Source: Camelus ferus (taxonomy: Eukaryota). From it: a DNA stretch of 64,000 bases. The notes beneath the pieces were generated by a model. That model ran no database searches. It was not told where the DNA came from and was given only the letters and a program-made list of their open reading frames with translations. Of this stretch, positions 1-12,045 are shown piece after piece. The stretch's first letter is position 1, and each line of letters starts with the position of its first letter. The position numbers and the translations under genes were made by a program. The DNA is taken from contig NC_045697.1 in assembly GCF_009834535.1 (NCBI RefSeq), forward strand, positions 56,732,001-56,796,000, in the 5' to 3' direction.

Positions 1-350
1 ATCAGAAAGGACAGAAGTTCAAGAAAGAGAACTCTAGAGAACTGTGGAGGGTGCCTTTTGAACATTTAGTTGACTACTGATCACCACATGTATGTGAGGA
101 AACTATCCAAGGCTAGGAAAAAAACTATCTGACAGGAATACTGCTTCGAGCTGTTATAGGGTCAAAATTAGTGCCTCTTTCCAACAGCCCAGAGTAGAAA
201 AACTCATAATTCAGGGAGTATCATTTAGGACACTAAGCTGGATCTTGCCTTAGTAATGGGAAAAATTAACTCTAAAGTAAATCTATCTCTGGGCCAACTT
301 ACTAATGGTTAAGTAATACACTAAGATATCAAACTGTTTCTGAGTAACTC
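1..350 (+). mobile_element. Ancient L1M (L1MC/MD-like) 5'-region fragment
   Basis: A-rich degraded sequence resembling recalled 5' portions of old mammalian L1s; no intact ORF; boundaries approximate. Confidence 0.4.
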
Positions 351-374
351 TCTATTTGCCGCAACACTGGTGTG

Positions 375-1535
375 GTTTTTCAGTTTAAAACCTTCCATTT
401 GATTCTTTTGTGTATCTTTTATTTACTTGCTGAAACATTCTACTTTTTCACTTGTTTCAAGAGTGTTTTTAATTGTTTGTTGAAGTATTTTTATCCTGGC
501 TGCTTTAAAATTTTTGTCAGGTAATTCTGTCATCTTTATTATCTGGATATTGACATTTATGAATTTTTAAAAATTCAGTTTGAGGTCTTCCTTGTTCTTA
601 GTATGCTGAATTATTTTTTACTGAAAGCTGGATTTTTGTATTATGAGATTCTGGATCTTTAAAAAATGTTCATATTTTGCTACTTTTTTCTGATTCTGCT
701 CTGGCAGGAGAAAGGTGATTCTACCTCACTACTACTAGGTAGAGATAAGTCTAGATTCCCTACTAGGTCTCTGCCTACACCTGCAGGGGTAAGGGGTCTT
801 TTCCTTACTCCTAAGCAGAGATGGAAATATTGGCTTCTCATTCACTCTCCACTGACAATTCAGTGGGGAGGACCATTTTAATGCTGGGCTGTGGTGAAAG
901 TCCTACCTTTTCACTAAGCCTCCTCTGACACCTCTTCAGTGTAAGGAGCGCACCTTGTTACTGCTGGGTGGAGGTGGAATTGTAGGCATGCTATATGTTC
1001 TTCACTGACATTGGGGGAGGGGAGTGTCTTATTATCTGCCAAAGGGGATAAATATCTCATCTCTTTACTTTGTCTTCTCTGACATCACTATAACAGGTGT
1101 TCCATTACAGCCTTGTGAGGCTGGAAGTCTAAGTTTCTGACTTGACCTTAGCTGGAGTGAGTAGGGATTGGACCAGTTTTGTCTGAAATAGAGGGTACAG
1201 TCTAAAAGATTTACATCTATTAGGCTGGTTCTGGTCCTTCACTAGAGAGCATCACCTTTTTTTGGTATTTATTTTTGTCCATGCCTATTACATTTCTAGA
1301 TAGCCAGCTTTGTCAGCTCCAAATCTAGGACACAATTATGAAACAAAAATGAAACCCAAGGTGCTCACAGATGTGTAATTTTTAAGGTCCAAAGGTCATT
1401 AACTGGTCTTCTTCACTCTATCTTTAATAGTCTTCTTCTGTTTATTTTATATATGATGTTCAGGGTTTTTAATTGTGCTGGGTGGAAGCAATAAGGAAAA
1501 GTGCATCTACTCTGTTTTCCCAGAAGCAGCAGTCT
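375..1535 (-). mobile_element. Ancient L1M 5'UTR/ORF1-start fragment, antisense
   Basis: T-rich plus strand (tttcaagagtgtttttaattg...ctggctgctttaaaatttttgtcaggtaattctg) followed by degenerate internally repeated units (ctgctgggtggaggtggaa-like), as in old L1M 5' ends. Confidence 0.55.
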
Positions 1536-1879
1536 ACATTTTCTTTTTTGTGATAGATAATATAATATGAATCTACCAAAATATTTGATCACATGTCCTC
1601 CTCAGAGCTTGTTTCCTAATCTGCAGTAAATTTTAGAGTAGCTGCTTTATAATATTTAAAGTGCAGATCTGGTGAATCATACCTGTAGAGTGATTTAAAG
1701 CTGAGGGCAGAACAAGGAGTAGATATGGAATTCTCCCTAATGATGAAGTGATATATGCAATGAAACTATACATTTTGGCATTAAATCTGCTTGATCTATA
1801 GATTTTTACTGGCTTTAGGTTTAATCTACCAATTAGAATTAATTCAAAGAGGTGACTAAGAAATAGTTTGGGGCCTGAA

Positions 1880-2045
1880 AGCATTGTGGAAGAAAGGAGA
1901 CTAAGTAAACCTTGCTTGGATTGAAGTACTGCCTCCACTTGTTCTACCTCTGTGACTTTGAAATAATTATTAGACCTTTCAATTCCATTTCTTCATTTCT
2001 AAAAGAACAATAATGATGTTTTCCAAAATTACCTCATGTGTTATT
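1880..2045 (+). mobile_element. MIR SINE fragment
   Basis: Degenerate MIR core: ctgtgactttgaaataattattagacctttc...ttcttcatttctaaaa...aataat...tacctcatgtgttatt. Confidence 0.5.
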
Positions 2046-2374
2046 TTGCCCCTAAATTTTAAATTTTATATAAATGGTTACTCATCAATACAAATCATTG
2101 TAAAATTCCCTATTAAAACCACCTATTTCTGAGACCATATTGGCCAAAGTTGACTCACTGATACCTTTCAAAAAGAAAAGCAATGCACATGCAAGCTACC
2201 TGATCAATAAAATTTAAATTTAAGGACACTAAATGTACCTAATAATAATAATAATGATAAATTTAGAGATTCATAAAGCTCAATAAATAGCAATCAAGAT
2301 AAAGAACAAAGAAAGCCAAGCCTGTATATTTAATAAAGAAATAGCTGAAGCATGATTTTAGGAATTATGCATTA

Positions 2375-2381
2375 TGTGTGT

Positions 2382-2416
<35 letters not shown>
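2375..2416. repeat. (TG)4T-(AC)n compound microsatellite
   Basis: tgtgtgtgt directly followed by an AC run to 2416. Confidence 0.97.
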
Positions 2417-2420
<4 letters not shown>

Positions 2421-2689
2421 GGGCTGAGTCTCCTACAGAAATTAATTTAAAACTCTAGAAAATATCCAAACCAAAAAACAAACAAAAGACCAACAACATA
2501 AAGAATCTATTCAAATGCTCTGGAGCATAAACAAAGCCAGGTAGATTTTGAAGATCAGCTGCCACATAAAAGAAAAGACTAATAACATGGGTGAATTTTC
2601 TGTTATTATGACTTTTAGCCAGAGGGAAGGCCACACATAGCTCTGTGTAGGGCATTTACACATTTGATAGAAAGGAAACTTATCTTTAT

Positions 2690-3864
2690 GGTATGAAGAT
2701 CTAGAGGACAGAGTTTAGTACAGTTATATCCACAGAAAATTACAGAGTGAATTTCTAAGAGAGGCAAGCAAAAGAGGAGATACCCATATTCTATGTATAA
2801 GCTATCTAAAATCTGGTTGATATATGAAGCACCGCATGCATGTTGTAGACTGCAAGCTACCAAACTAGGGATAAAGACACAAATCAGAATTCAACTGCTG
2901 TTCAAGATACAGAGTATGAATTTTGAGTCTATCCAACTCAATTTCTTATTAAACATCCCAATGTCCTTAACAGTGATATAACAGAATCATTACTATCTAC
3001 AGTATTATCTTCACAATGTCCAAATATAAACCAAAATTACTCAACACCTGAGGAACCAGGAAAATTTGATCTATTCTCAAAAATAAAAGACAATCAACAG
3101 AGATGATCTCTGAGATGACCAGATATTGATAACACCAGGGAAGGATTTTAAAGTCAATATAATAACAATATTCATTAAGATGAAGAAAAATATTTTTGTA
3201 ATAAGTGGAAAGATAGAGTGGTATAAGCAGAGAGTTATAAACAATACAAAAAAAAAAACCAAATAGAAACTGCAAATGAAAAAAAAATCAGGAATAAAAT
3301 TTTGCTAATTGGTCTTAACTACAAGATGGTGAAAAAATGTTAAAAAAAAAAGTTAAAAAAAAAAAGATGGTGATTACAGGGGTAAGAATCAGCAAAATTG
3401 AAAAAGATCAACATAAATTATCCAATATAAAAAACAGAGATGAAAAAACTGAAAAATACCAATACTGGTTTAGGGATCTCTGAGACAAAATCAAAATATA
3501 TAAAATACTTGGAATCCTTGAAGAAGGAGAGCAAGAAATGAGTATTTCAGGAAAGATTGGATAAAAAACTTTCCTAATTTGGTAAAAAATACAAATGGAG
3601 AGTTCCAAAATCTCACTAAATATCATAAAACATACAAAAACCATACCTAGGAATATAATAGACAAATTAGTGCACACCAGAAAAAAAAAAATCCTAAAAG
3701 AAACCAGAGTAATGTGACATGTTATACAGGGAAGCATGTGACTTTTCAACAAAATCTATGGATGATAGAAGATAGTAAAGAAGGTCTTTAAAATACTGAG
3801 AGAGAAAAAAATTCTGTCAACTCAGAAATACTACATCCTGCAAAAATATTCTTCAAGAATGAAA
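2690..3864 (+). mobile_element. Old L1M 5' region and ORF1 remnant (left part, interrupted by a younger L1)
   Basis: A-rich strand with ORF1-end motifs (gacttttcaacaaaatctatgg...gtcaactcagaaatactacatcctgcaaaaatattcttcaagaatgaa). Confidence 0.7.
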
Positions 3865-4689
3865 AAAGAAGAACTGAATAGACATTGTTCCAAAGAGGAA
3901 ATGCAGATGGCTAACAGGTACATGAAAAGTTGTTCAAAATTGCTGATCATCAGGGGAATACAAATCAAAACTCAATGAGCAGAATGGCTAGCATCAAAAA
4001 ACAAACAAACAAAAAAACCCAAAACAAGAAAGACAAATAATAAATGTTGGTGAGGATGTGGAGAAAAGGGAACGCTTGTACTGTTGGTGAAAATGTAAAT
4101 TGGTGCAGTCACTGTGAAATACACTATGGAAGTTTCTCAGAAAACTAAAAATTGAACTGTCATATTACCCAGCAATTCCACTCCTGAGTATCTAACTGAA
4201 AAATACAAAAACACTAATTTGAAAAGATACATGTACCCCAGTGTTCACGGCATTATTTATAATTGCCACGATATGGAAGCAACCTAAGTGTCCATCAAAA
4301 GATGAATAGATAAAGAAAATATAGTATATGTATACAATGGAATACTACTCAGCCATAAAAAAGAATTAAATTTTGCCATTTGCAGCAACATGGATGGATT
4401 TGGACAGCATTAGGCTAAGTGCAATGTCAGACAGAGGACAACAAATATTGTGTGATACCACTCATATGTGAAATCTAAAAAATACAACAAACTAGTGAAT
4501 ATAGCAACAAAAGAAGCAGACTCACAGATATAGAGAATTGGGAGAGGAAGGGGAGCAATACAGAGGTGAGGGAACGATAGGTTCAAACTATTGTATATAA
4601 GATAGCTACAAGGATGAACAACATGGGGGATGTAGCCAGTTTTTTGTACTAACTGTAAATTGAGTCTAACATTTAAAATTGTATAAAAA
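3865..4689 (+). mobile_element. 5'-truncated L1 (ORF2 C-terminal region plus artiodactyl-type 3'UTR)
   Basis: Canonical L1 3' motifs: gaactgaatagacatt, gttggtgaggatgtggagaaaagggaac, cccagcaattccactcctg, caatggaatactactcagccataaaaaaga; A-tail; candidate TSD aagaatgaaa (3855-3864) / aagaataaaa (4690-4699). Confidence 0.9.
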
Positions 4690-5020
4690 AAGAATAAAAT
4701 GAAATAAAGACATTCTCAGACAAAATTTATTGCCACCAGAGGGTAATACAAGAAATGCTAAAAAAAAAAAAAAAAAAAAGTACTTTAGGCTGGAAAGATA
4801 ATGATATAAGAGGATTTTCAGAAAGGAATGAAAGGGGCCAGAAATGCTAAAACTTTGGTTAATGTAAAAGACTGTTTTCTTATTGTCTTCAAAGTATAGA
4901 TGTGGTTTAAAGCAACACTGTAACATTATATTGCAGAGATTATTATTCATATTGAGATTATATCATTAAGGCTGGGAAAGGTTCACACATGTTCCAATGT
5001 TTCTACATTTTACTTACAGT
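4690..5020 (+). mobile_element. Old L1M ORF1 end / inter-ORF remnant (right part)
   Basis: tgaaataaagacattctcagacaaa...acaagaaatgctaaa...aagtactttaggctggaaga resumes the ORF1 sequence interrupted at ~3864. Confidence 0.7.
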
Positions 5021-5616
5021 AGTACAATATTAAACATAAGTATAATATTGTGAGAATATATGCAAAATAATTGCAGTAATAATGCTATTTGTTGTGTTAG
5101 ATAATTATATATACAGTCAAAGAGAATGAGATTGGAACAAATTAAATGCATCTTCAAGTGTTGGCTGTAGAAATGGAAAACCATTTGAGAAAGGTTTTCA
5201 AGGGGAATAGCCACAAAACAAGATCTCTTTATGTATAGAACTGCCAGGATGACAGACCACATACGATTATGCAGGAACACTGTGTAAAATTCCTGGACCC
5301 CAGTGTGCCAGCTGTAAAGTTAGCAGGACATTTCATCAAATAAAACAGGTCAATGAGGAAAGCTTACTTCAATGGTATCACACAAAGTACATAGAGACCT
5401 AGTGCATACCCGTTTTTGTGTCAACACTAAAGATCCACATAGATTGAATTGCTTGAAACATTTCATGATCTGCCCACTTTCTCTAGATTTGATCAGCTAG
5501 GATCATATCAGTGATAACTTTGTGATGAATATATGAACTATATAATTAATTATAAATCTTTGTGATAAATAAAACTATATTAAAAGATATAGGGATGCTT
5601 CCAATAATCACAGACT

Positions 5617-5790
5617 ACACACATATAAATATGGGATATATGTATATGTGTGTGTGGTATGTATACATATGGTTGCACATAGTTATATATATATACATTA
5701 TATGTTACACTGTAATATGGTCACATACCTATATATACTATTATAATACTACAGTAAATACTAGCTGTATGTAATGTATAATATATACTT
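5617..5790. repeat. TA/TG/CA-rich low-complexity tract
   Basis: Imperfect alternating purine-pyrimidine sequence (atatgtatatgtgtgtgtggtatgtatacatat...tatatatatataca). Confidence 0.7.
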
Positions 5791-7249
5791 GTATTTAGTA
5801 GTTCAGTTGGATGAGCAGAGAACATTACAACCACATCACATTCACATTTAAATAAGGCCAGTGTTGCAGATGCTAAGGTTAGGCGGGCACACCAATCAAC
5901 ACAGCTGCCATGTTTTACTCTAATTTCCATTGCTGTTGCTCTTTTATAAGGAGTCCACATGCTGTAAGAAAGAAATAGATGATTTCAAATCGACTAATTA
6001 TTATCATGATGTTATTAATTTAGACCAAGATAATAATAAGATGGTGTCTGTGAAGAAAGACTTCATTATGGAATTAATTGCTTTGATTAGGGTCAACACA
6101 GGAGAAAAGATTTGCATACCATTTAAGAAACAATTATTTTGATGGCTATTCAGGAGCCAAAGACATGCAAATTTAAAGAAAGCATTTTACAATTTCCCCT
6201 TTTACATTCAGATGCTAAGTTCTCTGATAAACCCCACTTGTTCGACAGAAAATTAAAATCACTGAATCGAAGAAGATCTGGGTAATGATGTATTATTGAT
6301 ATATTCTGTAAATGTTCAAATTATTCTTGGCTTCAATTTTGAATTTATTTCATAGAAACAAAAAATGGCATTATAAAGTCAATTTTAATCTTAGTGTTGA
6401 TGTTGTGGTTGTTTTCCCCTAATAGATATCCATAGAAGTAAATTATAGTTATCTTTATGAATTTACTGTTACTCTTTTTATCTCCTAGCTCTCGAACACA
6501 CATATGGAACGAGGAACTTCTCCGTGTTTAACACCTGCTTCCAATTCATTGACTAAAAATGCAACTTAATTCTTTTGTCTTGCTGTTACTCAGTATTTTA
6601 TTGCATTTCCCCCTCTGATGAGTATTTAAACTCAATTTGAGAGAAAGCATATCTTAGATATGTCTCTCTCATATAAAAATATATTCTTCATGAAAAATGG
6701 AAAATTGTCAGCAGGTTTGGAATCTATAAGTAATCTAATTTTGTTTTTCTGTTTCTCATTCTCACTAATTTTCTTGGTTGGTTTTCACTGTAACGTTCCT
6801 TTCAAGTTAATGACCGGAACCATACTCAGGGTCAGATTTGACCATTAAAATTGAGAGGGAGTCATGAGACTATAAATATCAAGGCATGTGACTCATTGAA
6901 TATTAAGAAAACTTAAAATAGGTTTCTGATTCTAAAGCACCTGCTTTATATTGGAAAATGACCATTAACCAAATAACTAATGTTCCTTTAAAGGCCTACA
7001 TATGCAAGCAAAATTTTCCCTTTTATATTCTTTCTTTATTAGACTCTCATATCAACAAAACAGCTTCCTTTGGGAACAAAGGAAAGAGTAACCAATAACA
7101 ACAACAGAAGTCAGATCCATCTTTGACATTTTAATTAACAACAACAAAAGAACATCTAGCAGATAGAGTGTTCCTGATTTTTCTTTTATATAATATTTTC
7201 ATGGCCACATGACACTATAATTACAGTGTTATGTGTAAATTCTTATTAA

Positions 7250-9160
7250 AATTAGTTAAATATAAGAAATATGAGCATAAATATAAAATTTCCAATCCTA
7301 CCTGAAAAAGCTCATATATACTGATGAGCTGAAGCAACCAACAGTAGATATGAATTCCAGAAACTGTATTTATTATCTAAGAATGTAACATTATTATAGA
7401 AATTATACATTGAGTAATAATCAATAATTTATTAAAAATTATAAAACGGAATCAGCAGATTTTAAAAACAATAAATAGAACTTCTAGAAATAAAAATAAT
7501 TATTAACATTAATTCAGTGATGCTGATGTTAAAAAAACATTAAAAAACTGTTAAAGAGACTATTAGAAATAGTTGATGTAAGGATTAGCAAGTTAGAAAA
7601 AATACCTAATGATATTAAGCATCAAAGAGTTGGAAAATAAGAAAGAAATGTAAAGCAATACAGTAAGCAGAATAAAAAACCCCAGACTCTAGGTCTTTCA
7701 CATTATTTCTAATTAAAGCCCTTGAAAAAGAGAAGAGAAAGATGAGGAAGCAACAAAATTCAAAGAGGTAGTTCTGTGAATTGTGCCAAAATTATGAAAG
7801 ATAAATGTGTGTAAACGCGGAAAGCACAAAGAATGCTGAGTAAAATATAGTCCAAAATATCAACAACCAGTCCCACAGTAGTAATACTTTACAGCACTAA
7901 AATCAAAGAGATGATCTTAAAAGCAATAGGACAGAAAATGCACAGAACACCAATTCCTTGAAGACAATGGAATTGTCTCAAAGTATTAAGAGAAAATAAG
8001 TACTAGTCTTGAACTGTATAACCAGAAAAATTATCTTTCAAGAATGATGAAATATATAAACATTTTAAGATTACAACAGAGATATAAACAAAATTAAAAA
8101 AAAAAATTGTCCAAAGAGGCACTATTGCAGGAACGTAGGAAGATTTATTTCAGCCAGAGGTGTTGAGGTGCCAGTAAGAATGTCAGTTATGAAACTATAA
8201 ATGTATAAGTAAATCAAAACATCCATTGGCTAAATAAAGTAACAACAATAATCACAGCAACAGTCATAACTGCAATAATGCCAAGTTTGGGGTAAAATTA
8301 AAAACGACAGTAGTGGACTTCAGAAGCAAGTAGTTTGGGGAGAAAGACAAATAGAGTTAAAGAATTATAAATTTCCTAATGGAATTTACAAGGAAGGTGT
8401 GATCACAGTTACAAGTAAAACTCCCCCAATGAATCATGCCTCCTTGCATCCATAGTTATGTGTAGTTTCTTCCTATATTGACTCCCTGGCATGACCATTT
8501 GACTTACTTTGTCTAATGTTCAAATAGAATTTTGCAGAGCACTTATGCATTAGATTTTGTCTTCTATTGCTAGGGACCCTCTGCCATCAAGAAAGAAGCC
8601 TGGGCTAGCCTCCTGGAGGAGGAGATATCTCTAGTAGGAACAAACCACCTTGGGGGTGGAGAGTAACCCAGGAACCGAACGGTGGCCAATTGTCCAGAAG
8701 ACCGAATTTACATCTAAGGCCCCAGGCAAGAGCAGCTCAAATAGCTAAATCATATATTGAGAAATTAAAATCATTATTGTTTTAAGGTACTAAATTTGGG
8801 GGTAGTTTTTAATGCAACAAATAGAAATGAATTCAAGCTTTGTAAAGTTATTTGCATGATAAGTTATTTTAAAAAACTCTGAAAGAATAGAAAGAGTATA
8901 CAATTTCCAAGAGAGTAGAGCGGGGGAAAAAAGGGGGGGGGATTAGTTATTTTGCAAGTGTGAAAAAGATAAAGTCAGTGAAAACAAAAAATATGTTGAG
9001 AGAATTAAGTCCAATATTTCTGTTCCTCCAAGAAATATATATAGCCCAAACTGCCCTACTACAAGACCAGTTTTCAGGTGGATTCAACTAGTTAGAGACT
9101 CACCTACATCAGGAAGATTTTCATACTGTGAAATTAAAAGTTCAAGAAAAAAACAGTCAA
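7250..9160 (+). mobile_element. Highly diverged L1ME-like ORF1 to ORF2-start remnant, interrupted by an MLT1 LTR
   Basis: Strong A bias; ORF1-type motifs aaagagatgatcttaaaagca, gacaatggaattgtctcaaagtattaagagaaaataa, ccagaaaaattatctttcaagaatga. Confidence 0.6.
8398..8835 (+). mobile_element. MLT1 (ERVL-MaLR) solo LTR, MLT1F/G/H-like
   Basis: tgtg start, cccaatgaatcatgcctcc, aagaagcctgggctagcctcctggagga, and the typical 3' end ttattgttttaaggtactaaatttgggggtagtttttaatgcaacaaatag. Confidence 0.8.
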
Positions 9161-9789
9161 AAGAAAGTGGGCATAGATCAATTTCCTTTTCTACAATGAT
9201 TTTTTTTTCTTTTCAACTAGAAAACTCCAGCTTCTCAAAGTTTTGACATTGTCAAAGGGAATGTAGTGTGATATATAGCTGCTGACACTGTGCACTACCT
9301 TGTGCTTGTAATTCGCACAGAGTTTAACAAATAGAACATTTTTTAAGAAGTCTAATTTGCTTATCTTGGATATTCAAATTTTAACACAATTACTGACACA
9401 TAATTAGCATGTAAATATATGCTACTGAATTAACTTATCCCATATTTGGTTCTAACTACAGTTTTCATTTTATATGATCAAATGGACAGCATTTATATTT
9501 AGGCTTTATCTACATACCACCACAACCAACAATAGAAATATAAAAACAAACTTAGGAATATTCATAATGTTTCCTTTTCTATTAATTCCTACAAAGTTAC
9601 CTAGGGTCTTTATGTCTTATAAATTACTATCAACTTCAATTCACCTGGATTGGAACTGACTGAGGTCTCTGTCTCTTTTCTTGATCTTCTCTCATTGGAT
9701 AGAATATTTTCAAAATGTTAATCAAATCATATTACTTGACTAAAACTCCCCAGATATCTTCCAATAGCATTAGAGTGGAATCCAAATTT

Positions 9790-10110
9790 CTTTGCGGGAT
9801 AGGATGCTAATGCTGGCACTACTGCAGTGGACAGCAATGGGCATCTGCTACTTGATTCTGCTGTTGCTACTTGGCTTAACAGTACCATTGCTGGGAGCCA
9901 CTGACTGCCAATTTGCTGCCATGACTTACTACTGTAATTATTTCTGTGTTCTATTTGCATTAATTCCTTTAAATTTAAAGTTCTGAATGGAGACTTTATT
10001 GGTGACATAGTTAATAGAGCCATGCCCTAGCTGTCTAGGTGTGGGGAGAGCAAGTATCTGCCCCCTTCAGGTTCCCAGTGACAGAAGAGGATTTGTCTCC
10101 AACTGAAACA
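9790..10110 (-). mobile_element. Probable old MLT1K/L-like LTR fragment
   Basis: ttattggtgacatagtt...catgccctagctgtctaggtgtggggagagcaagtatctgccc resembles antisense old MLT1. Confidence 0.4.
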
Positions 10111-10662
10111 ACATAAAAGCTTAAATTATTTATTTTCACTGACAAGCTTCTTTATATACCCTCCTTTTTATACTTAAACTTAAAAATAATTTTGCCAAGC
10201 AAAATATAGCTATCACTCATAAAACCAAATGTAAACTGAATTCCCCTCCTAAATCATATATATTACATGATCCAACTTGCTATACAAGATTTATTGATGA
10301 AAACTTTTCTTATTTAGGATTATTTTGCAATCATTTGGGCGAAATTTCACAGGTTACCAACAACAATACTTTGCGTGTATGTGAATAGGGGACGAGCATT
10401 AAGAGAATTATGGTATAATATACAAATATATATGTGACACAGAAATACTTAAAATATTGGGAGATGTTAGAGTCCTCATTTCTGGAACTGGCTTCTGGCC
10501 ATGACTGGTACTTACAATTTTCCTTTTCCACTGACCATTCCTTGTCTCTTTGCCTTAGATTTAAACGTTCTGGGTGGAGCTTCTAGTTACTGTTTAGTCA
10601 ATGGTTCAGCTTTTCTGAAATCTGTTAGAGTAATTCTATTCTTACTTCCTAAAGAATCTTGA

Positions 10663-11502
10663 TGGACATTTAGGCTGTTTCATATCTTGGCTATTGTAAA
10701 TAGTGCTGCTATGAACATTGGGGTGCAGGTGTCATCCTGAAGTAGGGTTCCTTCTGAATATATGCCCAGGAGCGGGATTCCTGGGTCATATGGTAAGTCT
10801 ATTCCTAGTCCTTTGAGGAATCTCCATACTGTTTTCCACAGTGGTGGCACCAAACTGCATTCCCATCAGCAGTGTAGGAGGGTTCCCTCTTCTCCACAGC
10901 CTCTCCACCATTTGTCATTTGTGGACTTTTGAATGATGGCCATTCTGACTGGTGTGAGGTGATACTTCATTGTAGTTTTGATTTGCATTTCTTTGATAAT
11001 TAGTGATATTGAGCATTTTTTCATGTGCCTATTGATCATTTGTATTTCTTCCTTGGAGAATTGCTTGTTTAGGTCTTCTGCCCATTTTTGGATTGGGTCT
11101 TTTTTTTTTTTTCTTATTAAGTCATATGAGCTGCTTATATATTTTGGAGATCAAGCCTTTGTCAGTTTCATTTGCAAAAATTTTCTCCCATTCTGTAGGT
11201 TGTCATTTTGTTTTACTTATGGTTTCCTTTGCTGTACAGAAGCTTGTAAGTTTCATTAGGTCCCATTTGTTTATTCTTGCTTTTATTTCTATTGCTTGGG
11301 TAGACTGCCCAGAGAACATTTTTGAGATGTATGTCAGATAATGTTTTGCCTACATTTTCTTCTAGGAGGTTTATTGTATCTTGCCTTATGTTTAAGTCTT
11401 TGATCCATTTTGAGTTGATTTTTGTGTATGGTGTAAGGGAGTGTTCTAGCTTCACTGATTTACATGATGCTGTCCAGTTTTCCCAACACCATATGCTGAA
11501 GA
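10663..11502 (-). mobile_element. Inverted 5' segment of a young L1 (ORF2 C-terminal region)
   Basis: Antisense L1 ORF2 sequence; ORF 11213..11455(-) gives [33 protein letters not shown], matching the L1 ORF2p motif [16 protein letters not shown]; frameshifted afterwards. Confidence 0.95.
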
Positions 11503-12045
11503 ATTTACAATAACCAAGACATGGAAACAGCCTAAATGCCCATCAACAGATGACTGGATAAAGAAGATGTGGTATATTTATACAATGGAATACTATTCAG
11601 CCATAAAAACCGACGACATAATGCCATTTGCAGCAACATGGATGTTCCTGGAGAATGTCATTCTAAGTGAAGTAAGCCAGAAAGAGAAAGAAAAATATCA
11701 TATGAGATTGCTTATATGTGGAATCTAAAAAAAAAACCAAAAAACAAAAAAACAAACATAAATACAAAACAGAAACAGACTCATAGACATAGAATACAAA
11801 CTTGTGGTTACCAGGGGTATGAGGGGGTGGGAAGGGACAGACTGGGATTTCAAAATGTAGAATAAAGAAGATTGTACTGTGTAGCACAGGGAAATATATA
11901 CAGGATCTTGTGGTGGCTCACAGCGAAAGAGAATGGGACAATGAATGTATGTAAGTTCGTGTACGAACTGAAAAATTGTGCTCTACACTGGAATTTGACA
12001 CAACATTGTAAAATGATTAAAAATCAATAAAAAATGTTAAAAAAA
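11503..12045 (+). mobile_element. Sense 3' segment of the same L1 (ORF2 end, 3'UTR, polyA); camelid-like young L1
   Basis: atttacaataaccaagacatggaaacagcctaaatg...aataaa and A-tail; perfect 12-bp TSD aaagaatcttga at 10651-10662 and 12046-12057 flanks both segments. Confidence 0.95.

Noticed and set aside
6465..6570. Plus-strand acceptor-like ctctttttatctcctag followed by three CpGs
   Set aside because: All frames stop within ~27 codons, there is no donor, and the peptides are unrecognised
10978..11513. Overlapping hydrophobic plus-strand ORFs ([19 protein letters not shown]...)
   Set aside because: Typical antisense translations of L1 ORF2, a common source of spurious membrane-protein predictions
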